Shown: piece after piece, positions 56,081 to 64,000 of the stretch | Position numbering within the stretch: position 1 is the stretch's first letter | Layout: each line of letters opens with the position of its first letter | Source: Alphaproteobacteria bacterium | GTDB lineage: Bacteria; Pseudomonadota; Alphaproteobacteria; Rs-D84; CACZYB01 | DNA length: 64,000 bases | Assembly: GCA_017938435.1 (NCBI GenBank) | Contig: JAGBBO010000006.1 | Coordinates: 8,945-72,944, forward strand | Reading direction: 5' to 3' | The notes under the pieces: generated by a model | The model's database searches: none | What the model saw: only the letters and a program-made list of their open reading frames with translations | Told to the model about the DNA's origin: nothing | Position numbers and translations under genes: made by a program

Positions 56081-57454
56081 TTATCTGACATCTTCATCCT
56101 GTTTTAAACGCCCAATTACCGGAGTCTTTCTCCCCTTAATGGCAAGTTTTTTCGAACCTTCATCAAACATTGACTTTTTATGCATAACTTTGCTGAAAGA
56201 AAGATTTTCTTTTTCTTCAAGTTCTTTAAAGTTAATGTTATTTAAATTGTTATTATAATTAACAGCCTTTTTCTTTAAGTTTAATATTTCATCTTTATAC
56301 ATAGTCAAAATTTTTTCTATAGAATTTCTATTTGATATTATTTTTAACAACATATCTTCAGAAAAAGTTAAAGGAACATATTTATCATATTTCCATTTTA
56401 ATGTCTTAGAATATTCTGAATTATATTTTTTCCAACAATTATCATTAAACTTTTTATCATATTCATCCTTGTAGGATATAAATTTATTTACAGTATCATA
56501 TACATACTCTTCTTTTAAATCAAAGTTTTTCATTATTTCTTTTCTTGCTTCAGGATAATTTTCATAAACATATGTATAAAGCCCAATATTTTCAGGATAT
56601 TCAATTTTTTTGATTTCATACATTTTATCACTTATATTAGAGAAAAGAATATTACTAAGTTCAGTTAAAGTTTGATTATAGTCTTTGTTTAAATATTTAT
56701 TATTATAAACATTTGGAAATTTAATATCTACATAACTAAAACTCTGGTCATAATAACCTTTAATTCTATCTTGATAAGAATCTGCAGATAAGTATCCTTC
56801 TTTAATTAAAGGTCTTTCTTTTAATTTTTCATGCAAATCATAATATGTATTAATAAATTCTTTAGAAACCCCAATATCCATTGTTTTAAATTGAAAATTT
56901 TTAAGGAAAAATTGTTCTGGAGGAACATTCTTAGCTTCATTAAACAAGATAACATTTCTTTTCATATTTTCTAAACTATGTTTATTTATTTTGCTAATTT
57001 GTTTTTCTTCACGTAATTTTTTAAGTGTTTCAGCATCATGTCTTAAATCCACAAAAAGTTCAGAACATTTTTTTATCAAAGGCAAGATAGTATCTTTATA
57101 GTATTTTTTATCTTCAGTTATTGTAGGAGTAAGTTTTTTCTTAATATTTTTATCTACATAATCCAAATGCTTTTTAGCTGTTATATTAAAATCAATCGCA
57201 TTTTTAATTTTAAATCCATATGGAATAGCATCTTTTAGTTTAGAAGATAAATCTGCTAAAGGATAAATAGTATTTGGTACCCGTAGACTATTATATCCAC
57301 TTCTTTCTGCTAATCTATCCATTTCATTTAAATGTCTTCTTAAAGTTTTTTTAACTTCAATACCAAGTTCTTTTCTAACACTGTTAGGCATTGGAGTATT
57401 ATCTGCTTCTCTTATTCTTCTCTCAATTTCTTTTTGAATATCCTTTTTATCCAT
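56081..57454 (-). CDS. Hypothetical Lys/Tyr-rich protein (457 aa from MDKKD...) with a basic C-terminal tail
   Basis: Ribosome-binding site AAGGAG 7 nt upstream of ATG at 57454. Own terminator. No recognisable domain. C-terminus ...KKLAIKGRKTPVIGRLKQDEDVR. Confidence 0.5.
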   Translation of the reverse strand: MDKKDIQKEIERRIREADNTPMPNSVRKELGIEVKKTLRRHLNEMDRLAERSGYNSLRVPNTIYPLADLSSKLKDAIPYGFKIKNAIDFNITAKKHLDYVDKNIKKKLTPTITEDKKYYKDTILPLIKKCSELFVDLRHDAETLKKLREEKQISKINKHSLENMKRNVILFNEAKNVPPEQFFLKNFQFKTMDIGVSKEFINTYYDLHEKLKERPLIKEGYLSADSYQDRIKGYYDQSFSYVDIKFPNVYNNKYLNKDYNQTLTELSNILFSNISDKMYEIKKIEYPENIGLYTYVYENYPEARKEIMKNFDLKEEYVYDTVNKFISYKDEYDKKFNDNCWKKYNSEYSKTLKWKYDKYVPLTFSEDMLLKIISNRNSIEKILTMYKDEILNLKKKAVNYNNNLNNINFKELEEKENLSFSKVMHKKSMFDEGSKKLAIKGRKTPVIGRLKQDEDVR

Positions 57455-57697
57455 TTTTTTCTCCTTTTTATAAAAAATAAACAAAACCACAAAAGTGACT
57501 GGAAGCTAGAAACTATGTAAGATAGTGCGTATTATTTTGCTGAAAGATACTTGCAGCATTATTCTACTGCCTTCCAGCCAAAACGCCAGAAAGCGTGTAA
57601 ATTTTTTGTCCTTACACTATGGACACTTACATAGGCTTCTAGACCCAATATCTATAATATCATATTTTCAAATAAAATAAAAGATTTTTTTCAAACT

Positions 57698-58787
57698 TTA
57701 TTTCTTTATATTATTATAAAGTAGCGTTGCAGAAAGGAACTCATCAATATCACCGTCAAGGGTAGATGTAATATTTGATGTTTCAAAATTTGTTCGTAAA
57801 TCTTTTATCATTTGATATGGTTGAAGGACATAGGAACGAATTTGTGCACCCCAACCTATTTCAGATTTTGATTCGTTGATTTTTGCCTCCTCCTCGGCAC
57901 GCTTTTCAAGTTCAAGATTATATAAGCGAGATTTAAGCATACTCATGGCAACATCTTTGTTTTTAAATTGCGACCTTTCGTTTTGGCATTGAACGACAAT
58001 CCCTGTTGGAATGTGTGTAATACGAACAGCACTATCGGTTTTATTGACATGTTGACCGCCGGCACCACTTGCACGGTAAGTATCAATTCGTAAATCTTTT
58101 TCTTCTATATGAATTTCAATTTTGTCATCAATAACCGGATAGACCCAGACAGAGGCAAAACTTGTGTGACGACGAGCATTACTATCAAATGGTGAAATAC
58201 GAACCAAGCGATGAATACCACTTTCACCCTTAAGCCAACCATAAACATTTATACCAGTAATTTGTAATGTCGCAGATTTTATACCTGCCTCATCCCCAGC
58301 ATGCTCCTCAATCAAATCAACCTTATACCCATGGCGTTCACCCCAGCGGATATACATACGAAGAAGCATTTGTGCCCAATCGCATGCCTCGGTTCCACCA
58401 GCACCACTGTGAATTTCAAGGTAGGCAGGAAGATTATCAGCCTCCCCGTTCAACATAAGATTTAATTTTTCCTTTTCAAGACTTGATACAAAATTTTCAA
58501 GTTGAATTTCAGTATCGGAAACCAAATCCGAATCATTTTCAAGTTTTGCTAAATCCAAAAGTTCATGAAGATTTTCGTATTCTTTTTTCTTTGTTTCATA
58601 AAGATTGATTTTACGCTCCACCTCTGCCTTTTGCGACATAAGTTTTTGGGCAAAATCAGGATTATCCCACAAATTAGGAGATGAAGTTTTTTCCTCTAAT
58701 TCCTTTAATTCATTGGTTAAAGAGGAGATGTCAAAGACACCCCCTAATTTCTGATAATAAACTTTCTATTTTTCCAAAATCAACCAT
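57698..58787 (-). CDS. prfB: Peptide chain release factor 2, expressed via a programmed +1 frameshift: complement(join(57698..58732,58734..58787))
   Basis: Frame 0 is MVDFGKIESLLSEIRGCL, ending at the CUU UGA C shift site (58736-58730, minus strand). An AGGGGG Shine-Dalgarno-like element lies 3 nt upstream. The +1 frame continues DISSLTNELKELEEKTSSPNLWDNPDFAQ... into the RF2 body, including SPF and GGQ (SGAGGQHVNKT). Confidence 0.85.
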
Positions 58788-60259
58788 TATTCAACAACCT
58801 TTAAACAATCAGAAGCATAAGTCATCAATGATTTATTCTTTTTTATTTCTATTTTTGAAAGTTTATCAAACTCTCCATCAGAAGTAAGCATCAAAACCTG
58901 ACAGTTATTTGAATTATCTTTTATAACAAAAGTATCACCTTCTGCAAGATTACTTATTACTTCATAAAGCCCAGCATCAGTTGTGCTTACACGACCGCCA
59001 AGACCAGTTATCACTGCATAATCTATATCATCTTGTGTTTCAGTGGAACCGATATCACCAGTTGAAATAATATTCAAAAGACGAGCACGAGCTTTGTTAA
59101 TACTTGAAACATCTTCTATTACATAGACATTTGAAATATTTTCAAGATTTTTAATTTGTGGTGTTGTATCACCGTATGTTTTTGAATTTCTGATAACAGA
59201 TTTTGCTATTGTTTTACCTAGATTATTAGGATCTGTAGCATCAAGTTGTTTGTAAAATTTGCCTGAAGTTGCAGGAACCAAAACAACGCCATTTTTTGTT
59301 GGAGCAATAGCGACAGAGCCTGTTTTTACAAAGTTACCAGCACGACGACCAAGGTTTGAAGCAACTTCGGAAGCAAAACTATCTTTTGCCTTGGATAAAA
59401 TATTTTCGCGCTTATCTTCGGTAAATTGATTAAGTTCAAGAATATCATAACTTTCTTCACCACAATTTTGTCTTGCATCATAAATATATCCCGCAAGAAC
59501 AGCTTCGATAGCACTTCTCCAATTTCCAGATTTATTTGTGAATTGTAAAGTTGAATAATTTTCAAGAAGTTGTGGAATATTGGAAAGTCCCATATCCCCA
59601 GCATTTGAAAACTTTTTTGCAACCTCTGGAATTTCACCGCATGATGTCATCATTAAATCATCAAATTCAAAGAAATTTCCATCATGAGCGATAGCGGCCG
59701 CATAACATTTTTTAGCAGCGGTAAGTCTTTTTGTTGCAAGGATACATTCACTTGAACCTTTGATTGCTGACTTTTCAATTATACCCTTTGATGAAAGCCA
59801 TTTATCAAGAGCATATCCCTTATAAGTATCACATTTTGATTTATAAGTCACAAAATTATCTACACCAACTATGTATGATAATTGCATATCCATAATATCG
59901 TAGTAATCAGCCATAGTTTTATCACTACAATCCGCATATGCACCACCACTTTGGACACGATTTGTGTTATAACATTCCCTATCAAGTCCAAGCATATACT
60001 TTGTTGCACAATCATCTTGAGAATACTGAGTTTCACTAGTTGTCGTTGTAGAAGTAGAAGTAGAAGTTCTTTTTGAAGATTTACGTCTTGAAGAGGAAGA
60101 AGAGCGACGATCTGTTGATATAGAAGTAGAGGTTCTGGAAGATAAAGCCTTTCTTTCACCTTCTAATTGATCAATTATTTCATCAGCCGAAAACGCCACA
60201 TTTGTAATAAATGTAAGTGGAACTAAAGCAAGTAATAAAGTCTTGTATGATATCTTCAT
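58787..60259 (-). CDS. Secreted protein (490 aa) with a Ser/Arg/Thr-rich low-complexity N-terminal region. Its stop overlaps the prfB start (TAATG)
   Basis: Signal peptide MKISYKTLLLALVPLTFITNVAFSA. About 45 aa of SR/ST low complexity. 12 Cys. Confidence 0.5.
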   Translation of the reverse strand: MKISYKTLLLALVPLTFITNVAFSADEIIDQLEGERKALSSRTSTSISTDRRSSSSSRRKSSKRTSTSTSTTTTSETQYSQDDCATKYMLGLDRECYNTNRVQSGGAYADCSDKTMADYYDIMDMQLSYIVGVDNFVTYKSKCDTYKGYALDKWLSSKGIIEKSAIKGSSECILATKRLTAAKKCYAAAIAHDGNFFEFDDLMMTSCGEIPEVAKKFSNAGDMGLSNIPQLLENYSTLQFTNKSGNWRSAIEAVLAGYIYDARQNCGEESYDILELNQFTEDKRENILSKAKDSFASEVASNLGRRAGNFVKTGSVAIAPTKNGVVLVPATSGKFYKQLDATDPNNLGKTIAKSVIRNSKTYGDTTPQIKNLENISNVYVIEDVSSINKARARLLNIISTGDIGSTETQDDIDYAVITGLGGRVSTTDAGLYEVISNLAEGDTFVIKDNSNNCQVLMLTSDGEFDKLSKIEIKKNKSLMTYASDCLKVVE

Positions 60260-60370
60260 AAAACTCTCCTTTTAAACCTTCGATTACTTTTGATTTTACA
60301 CTTTTTTTAACTTCTTTTCAAGATGTAATTTAAAAATAGCAATATTTTTATTTTTTTAGTGACTTTTTTA

Positions 60371-60400
60371 TTGAAAAAGAGTTAGGAAAAGACTTATAAT
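60371..60400 (+). promoter_or_regulatory. Sigma-70-like promoter upstream of alaS (-35 TTGAAA, 18-nt spacer, -10 TATAAT)
   Basis: Hexamers read directly, 40 nt upstream of the alaS ATG. Confidence 0.45.
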
Positions 60401-60440
60401 ACGCAAATATTGTAAAAAAAATAAAATAAGGCATATAAAA

Positions 60441-63074
60441 ATGAAACTTAATGATATTAGAAAGACTTATACTGAATTTTTCCAACAAAGGGGACATACA
60501 CTTGTAAAGTCAAGTTCTTTGGTTCCACAAAATGATCCGACCTTGCTTTTTACAAATGCAGGTATGAACCAATTTAAAGATGTTTTTACAGGTAAGGAAA
60601 AGCGTGAATATACAAGAGCTACTACTGCACAAAAATGTGTTCGTGCCGGTGGTAAACATAACGATTTGGATAATGTTGGATATACAACAAGACATCATAC
60701 ATTCTTTGAAATGCTTGGAAACTTTTCTTTTGGTGATTATTTTAAAGAACATGCAATTACTTATGCTTGGGAATTTTTATCGAAGGTTTTAAAACTTGAT
60801 AAAGACAGACTTTACTTTACCGTTTATCCAGAGGATACCGAAGCAAGAGAACTTTGGAAAAAAATTGCAAATGTTCCTGATTCAAGAGTTTTAGATATAA
60901 AAGACAATATTTGGGCAATGGGTGATGTTGGTCCATGCGGTTTTGATACAGAAATGTTTTATGATAAAGGTCCAGAAGTTGCTGGTGGACTTCCTGGAAC
61001 TCCGGATGAAGATGGAGATAGATACATTGAAATTTGGAACAATGTTTTTATGCAATATGAAACTTTACCAAGTGGTGAAAAAGTAGAACTTAAAAACAAA
61101 AATATTGATACAGGTATGGGACTAGAAAGAATTGCATCAGTTCTTCAAGGAGTTGATGATAATTTTAAAATTGATTTGTTCCAAAACCTTATGAAATATG
61201 AAGAGGAAGTTTTGGGTGTAAAAAGAACAAATGAAAATATTTCTTCATTCAAAGTTATTGCCGATCATATCCGTGCAACTTCGTTCTTGATTGCTGATGG
61301 TGTATTACCATCAAATGAAGGCCGTGGTTATGTTCTTCGCAGAATTATGCGTCGTGCACTTCGTCATATAAATATGCTTGGGGTAAAGGAACCTGCATTC
61401 TATAAAATGTTTGATAATGTAAAAGAGCAAATGGCTGATACTTATCCTGAACTTATTGAGGCAGAAGCTCTTATTAAACAAACAATAAAAACAGAAGAAG
61501 AAAATTTCGGTCAAACACTTGATGCTGGACTTAAAATTTTGGATAATGAAATTGCAAAAACAAGTGGTAAAGTTTTAAGTGGCGAAAGTGCCTTTAAACT
61601 TTATGATACTTATGGTTTTCCATTAGATTTAACTGCTGATATTTTAAGAAACAGAAATATGACTGTTGATACTGTTGGTTTTGATAAAGCTATGGCTGAA
61701 CAAAGAAGTAAGTCAAAGAAAGCTTCTAACTTTAAAGGAGAAGCTGGAAACCAAAAAATTTGGTATGATGTAAAATCACAAGGTTGCACGACTGAATTTA
61801 TTGGATACACTGATTTAACTTCGAAATCAAAAGTAAAAGCTGTTGTTAAAAATGGGGCTATTGAACAAAATGCAACTATGGCTGATGGTGATGAAATATT
61901 TGTGATTGTTGATAAAACTCCATTCTATGCGGAATGTGGTGGTCAAATTTCTGATAAAGGAACTATTGCAAAAGATGGAAAAATTTACAATGTTTCTGAT
62001 GTGAAAAAGGCTTTGGATAATGTTTATTTTCATAAAATTGACCTAGGTATTGGCGATACAATTTCTGTTGGTGATGAAATTGAAATGAATGTTGATAAAG
62101 ATTCAAGAAAACGCATTATTGCAAATCACTCGGGAACTCATCTTCTTCAAAAAGCATTACAAGAAATTGTTGGAAAAAATGTTGCTCAAAAGGGATCATG
62201 GGTTGGTGAAACAGGATTAAGATTTGATTTCGCGAATCCAAAGGCTTTGACATTTGAACAAATTCAACAAGTTGAAAAATTGGTAAATAAATATATTGCT
62301 GATAAAATGGAAATTTCGAAAAAAGAAATGCCTATTGATGAAGCAAAGAAAACCGGTGCAATGGCTTTGTTTGGAGAAAAGTATGGAGATATAGTTCGTG
62401 TTGTAAATATGGGTGGTATTTCAATAGAACTTTGTGGTGGAACACATTGCGATAATACTTCGGAAATTGGTTTCTTTAAAATTTTAAAAGAAGAATCTGT
62501 TGCATCAGGTGTTCGCCGTATAGAAGCAATTACCCTTAATGATGCGTTTGATATGGCAAAAAAATATGAACTTGATACAACAAAGTCACCAGATATATTG
62601 ATTATTGAACTTCAAGAAAAACTTCGTAAAGAAAAAGAAGCAGAGCAAGATAAACTTGCCCGAGAATTTGAAGAAAAAAGAAAACAAGAAATGGAACTTC
62701 AAAATAAACAAATTGATACTGTTGTAAAAGGTGTTAAATCTGAAGTTGTTAATGGAATAAATTTTGTAAGTGGAATTTTTGAAAATATTTCTGCGAAAAT
62801 TTTAAAACCTGCAACTGATAATTTAAGAAAAGATGCAAAAAATACAGTAATACTTCTTATTGCATCAGATGGTGCAAAAGTATCTGTTTTGACTGCTGTA
62901 AGTTCCGATTTAACAAATAAAATTTCGGCTGTGGATTTGGTTAAAAAATCTGCTGAAATGCTTGGCGGTCACGGCGGTGGCGGAAGGGCTGATTTGGCAC
63001 AAGCTGGTGGAACAGATGCATCAAACGCAAAGGATGTTGCTGATATGATTAAAAAGGAAATTGAAAATATATAG
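60441..63074 (+). CDS. alaS: Alanine--tRNA ligase
   Basis: N-terminal class II motifs (FTNAGMNQFK...), editing-domain HxxxH/CxxxH region (ANHSGTHLL... GGTHC...), C-terminal DHHA1 domain (GGHGGGG). Confidence 0.95.
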   Translation: MKLNDIRKTYTEFFQQRGHTLVKSSSLVPQNDPTLLFTNAGMNQFKDVFTGKEKREYTRATTAQKCVRAGGKHNDLDNVGYTTRHHTFFEMLGNFSFGDYFKEHAITYAWEFLSKVLKLDKDRLYFTVYPEDTEARELWKKIANVPDSRVLDIKDNIWAMGDVGPCGFDTEMFYDKGPEVAGGLPGTPDEDGDRYIEIWNNVFMQYETLPSGEKVELKNKNIDTGMGLERIASVLQGVDDNFKIDLFQNLMKYEEEVLGVKRTNENISSFKVIADHIRATSFLIADGVLPSNEGRGYVLRRIMRRALRHINMLGVKEPAFYKMFDNVKEQMADTYPELIEAEALIKQTIKTEEENFGQTLDAGLKILDNEIAKTSGKVLSGESAFKLYDTYGFPLDLTADILRNRNMTVDTVGFDKAMAEQRSKSKKASNFKGEAGNQKIWYDVKSQGCTTEFIGYTDLTSKSKVKAVVKNGAIEQNATMADGDEIFVIVDKTPFYAECGGQISDKGTIAKDGKIYNVSDVKKALDNVYFHKIDLGIGDTISVGDEIEMNVDKDSRKRIIANHSGTHLLQKALQEIVGKNVAQKGSWVGETGLRFDFANPKALTFEQIQQVEKLVNKYIADKMEISKKEMPIDEAKKTGAMALFGEKYGDIVRVVNMGGISIELCGGTHCDNTSEIGFFKILKEESVASGVRRIEAITLNDAFDMAKKYELDTTKSPDILIIELQEKLRKEKEAEQDKLAREFEEKRKQEMELQNKQIDTVVKGVKSEVVNGINFVSGIFENISAKILKPATDNLRKDAKNTVILLIASDGAKVSVLTAVSSDLTNKISAVDLVKKSAEMLGGHGGGGRADLAQAGGTDASNAKDVADMIKKEIENI

Positions 63075-63081
63075 GTGTAAT

Positions 63082-64000
63082 ATGAAAACAAAAGTTGCAG
63101 TTTTTTTTGGTGGTCCATCATTTGAACATGATGTAAGTATTTTGACTGGACTTCAAGTAATGCAAGTTATTGATATAACTAAATATGAACCAATTCCTGT
63201 GTATGTTGATATAGATGGTAATTGGTGGAATGGTAAAGCATTACTTAATATGAAAAATTATCCTTTGGATGAAAAGGTAAAGGCAACTTTGAATCGTATT
63301 ACTATTCCAGTTGGAATCAAAAATGATAGTCCAAAATTTACAATTATGAATCGTAAACTTTTTGGTAAAAAATTTATCGATTTTGATATTGCATTTTTTG
63401 CATTCCATGGAAGCATGGGTGAAAATGGTCCAATGCAGGGAATAATGGAGGCTTTGAATATTCCTTATACTGGGGCTGATATTTCCTCATCTACTTTGTA
63501 TATGAGTAAATTGGAAACAAAGGCAATATGCCGTAATCTTGGCATTGATGTTTTGGATGAAGTAGTTCTTTTTAAACCAAATATGACTGAAAAATTTAAT
63601 ATTTCTGAAATGACAAAGGAAATAAAAATAAAATATCCTGCATTTGTTAAACCTGCAAATCTTGGTAGTTCAGTTGGTATTGCAAAGGTTAAAAACAAAG
63701 ACGAACTTCAATCGGCAATACTTAATGTTTTTAAACTTGATAATACCGTTATTATAGAGCCATTTGTTGCAAATCTTAAGGAATATAATATTGCTGTGAT
63801 GAAAGATTTGGATGGCAAAATTATAACTTCGGTTATTGAATCTCCTGTTGAAAAACATGAATTTTTGGATTTCAAAGATAAATATCTTGCAAGTAATGGT
63901 GCAAAAAAAGTTGGACCTGTGAAACTTGCTGTGCCAAGTGAGGGACTTCTTTCTATGGGACGTGAATATGCTCCGAAAATGACAAAGAAGGCAAAGGATT
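63082..64000 (+). CDS. ddl: D-alanine--D-alanine ligase, 3'-truncated by the window end
   Basis: MKTKVAVFFGGPSFEHDVSILTG..., FALHGSMGENGPMQGIMEALNIPYTGA (the N-terminal Ddl signature). No stop before position 64000. Confidence 0.85.
   Translation, partial: MKTKVAVFFGGPSFEHDVSILTGLQVMQVIDITKYEPIPVYVDIDGNWWNGKALLNMKNYPLDEKVKATLNRITIPVGIKNDSPKFTIMNRKLFGKKFIDFDIAFFAFHGSMGENGPMQGIMEALNIPYTGADISSSTLYMSKLETKAICRNLGIDVLDEVVLFKPNMTEKFNISEMTKEIKIKYPAFVKPANLGSSVGIAKVKNKDELQSAILNVFKLDNTVIIEPFVANLKEYNIAVMKDLDGKIITSVIESPVEKHEFLDFKDKYLASNGAKKVGPVKLAVPSEGLLSMGREYAPKMTKKAKD

Overview
This is a very AT-rich (about 30% GC) bacterial window, densely packed with housekeeping genes, with no transposase, integrase or CRISPR array visible. 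Gene content points to an alphaproteobacterium, probably a host-associated Rickettsiales- or Holosporales-like lineage: the taxon is an inference, not verified. Supporting genes are a CcrM-type N6-adenine methyltransferase, an AddA-type helicase-nuclease, CarD/CdnL, a VirD4 type IV coupling protein, and the rpmI-rplT-pheST and mrdA-rodA-mreCD blocks.

Conserved genes present: slt, rnhB, addA, glgP, mnmE, rodA, mrdA (PBP2), mreD, mreC, a 983-aa tandem Mur-ligase fusion, alr, ctp, an envC-like M23 peptidase, era, polA, dnaQ, ndk, xseB, recF, ymdB, fdx, ccrM, rlpA, uppP, pheST, rplT, rpmI, prfB (with its programmed +1 frameshift), alaS and a partial ddl. One tRNA-Arg(ACG) gene lies at 35330-35406.

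The most unusual part of the window is an accessory cluster around that tRNA (about 30.6-38.1 kb). It holds two signal-peptide proteins with eukaryotic-type CxxCPxG[ST]Y cysteine repeats (GCC2/GCC3, ephrin-receptor-like). The first has a G7 tract in its ribosome-binding site. Next come a small protein translationally coupled to a bifunctional GT2+GT8 glycosyltransferase, a Ser/Lys-rich secreted protein with a G6 tract upstream, a MORN-repeat secreted protein, and a further GT2 enzyme. A paralogous GT2+GT8 enzyme sits at 16.1 kb.

Other items worth a second look are listed here.
- **Orphan virD4:** it is co-transcribed with recF, with no virB genes in the window.
- **S8 insertion:** a cytoplasmic S8 (subtilisin-like) peptidase gene is inserted between rplT and pheS and overlaps the pheS start.
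- **Candidate effector:** a lineage-specific 457-aa protein with a basic C-terminus lies upstream of rpmI.
- **prfB coupling:** prfB is coupled (TAATG) to an upstream secreted Ser-rich protein gene.
- **Candidate ncRNAs:** two GC-enriched intergenic elements have strong secondary-structure potential (10151-10559 and 57491-57697).
- **Terminator family:** rho-independent terminators across the window share the same AATCCCC/GGGGATT stem arms.
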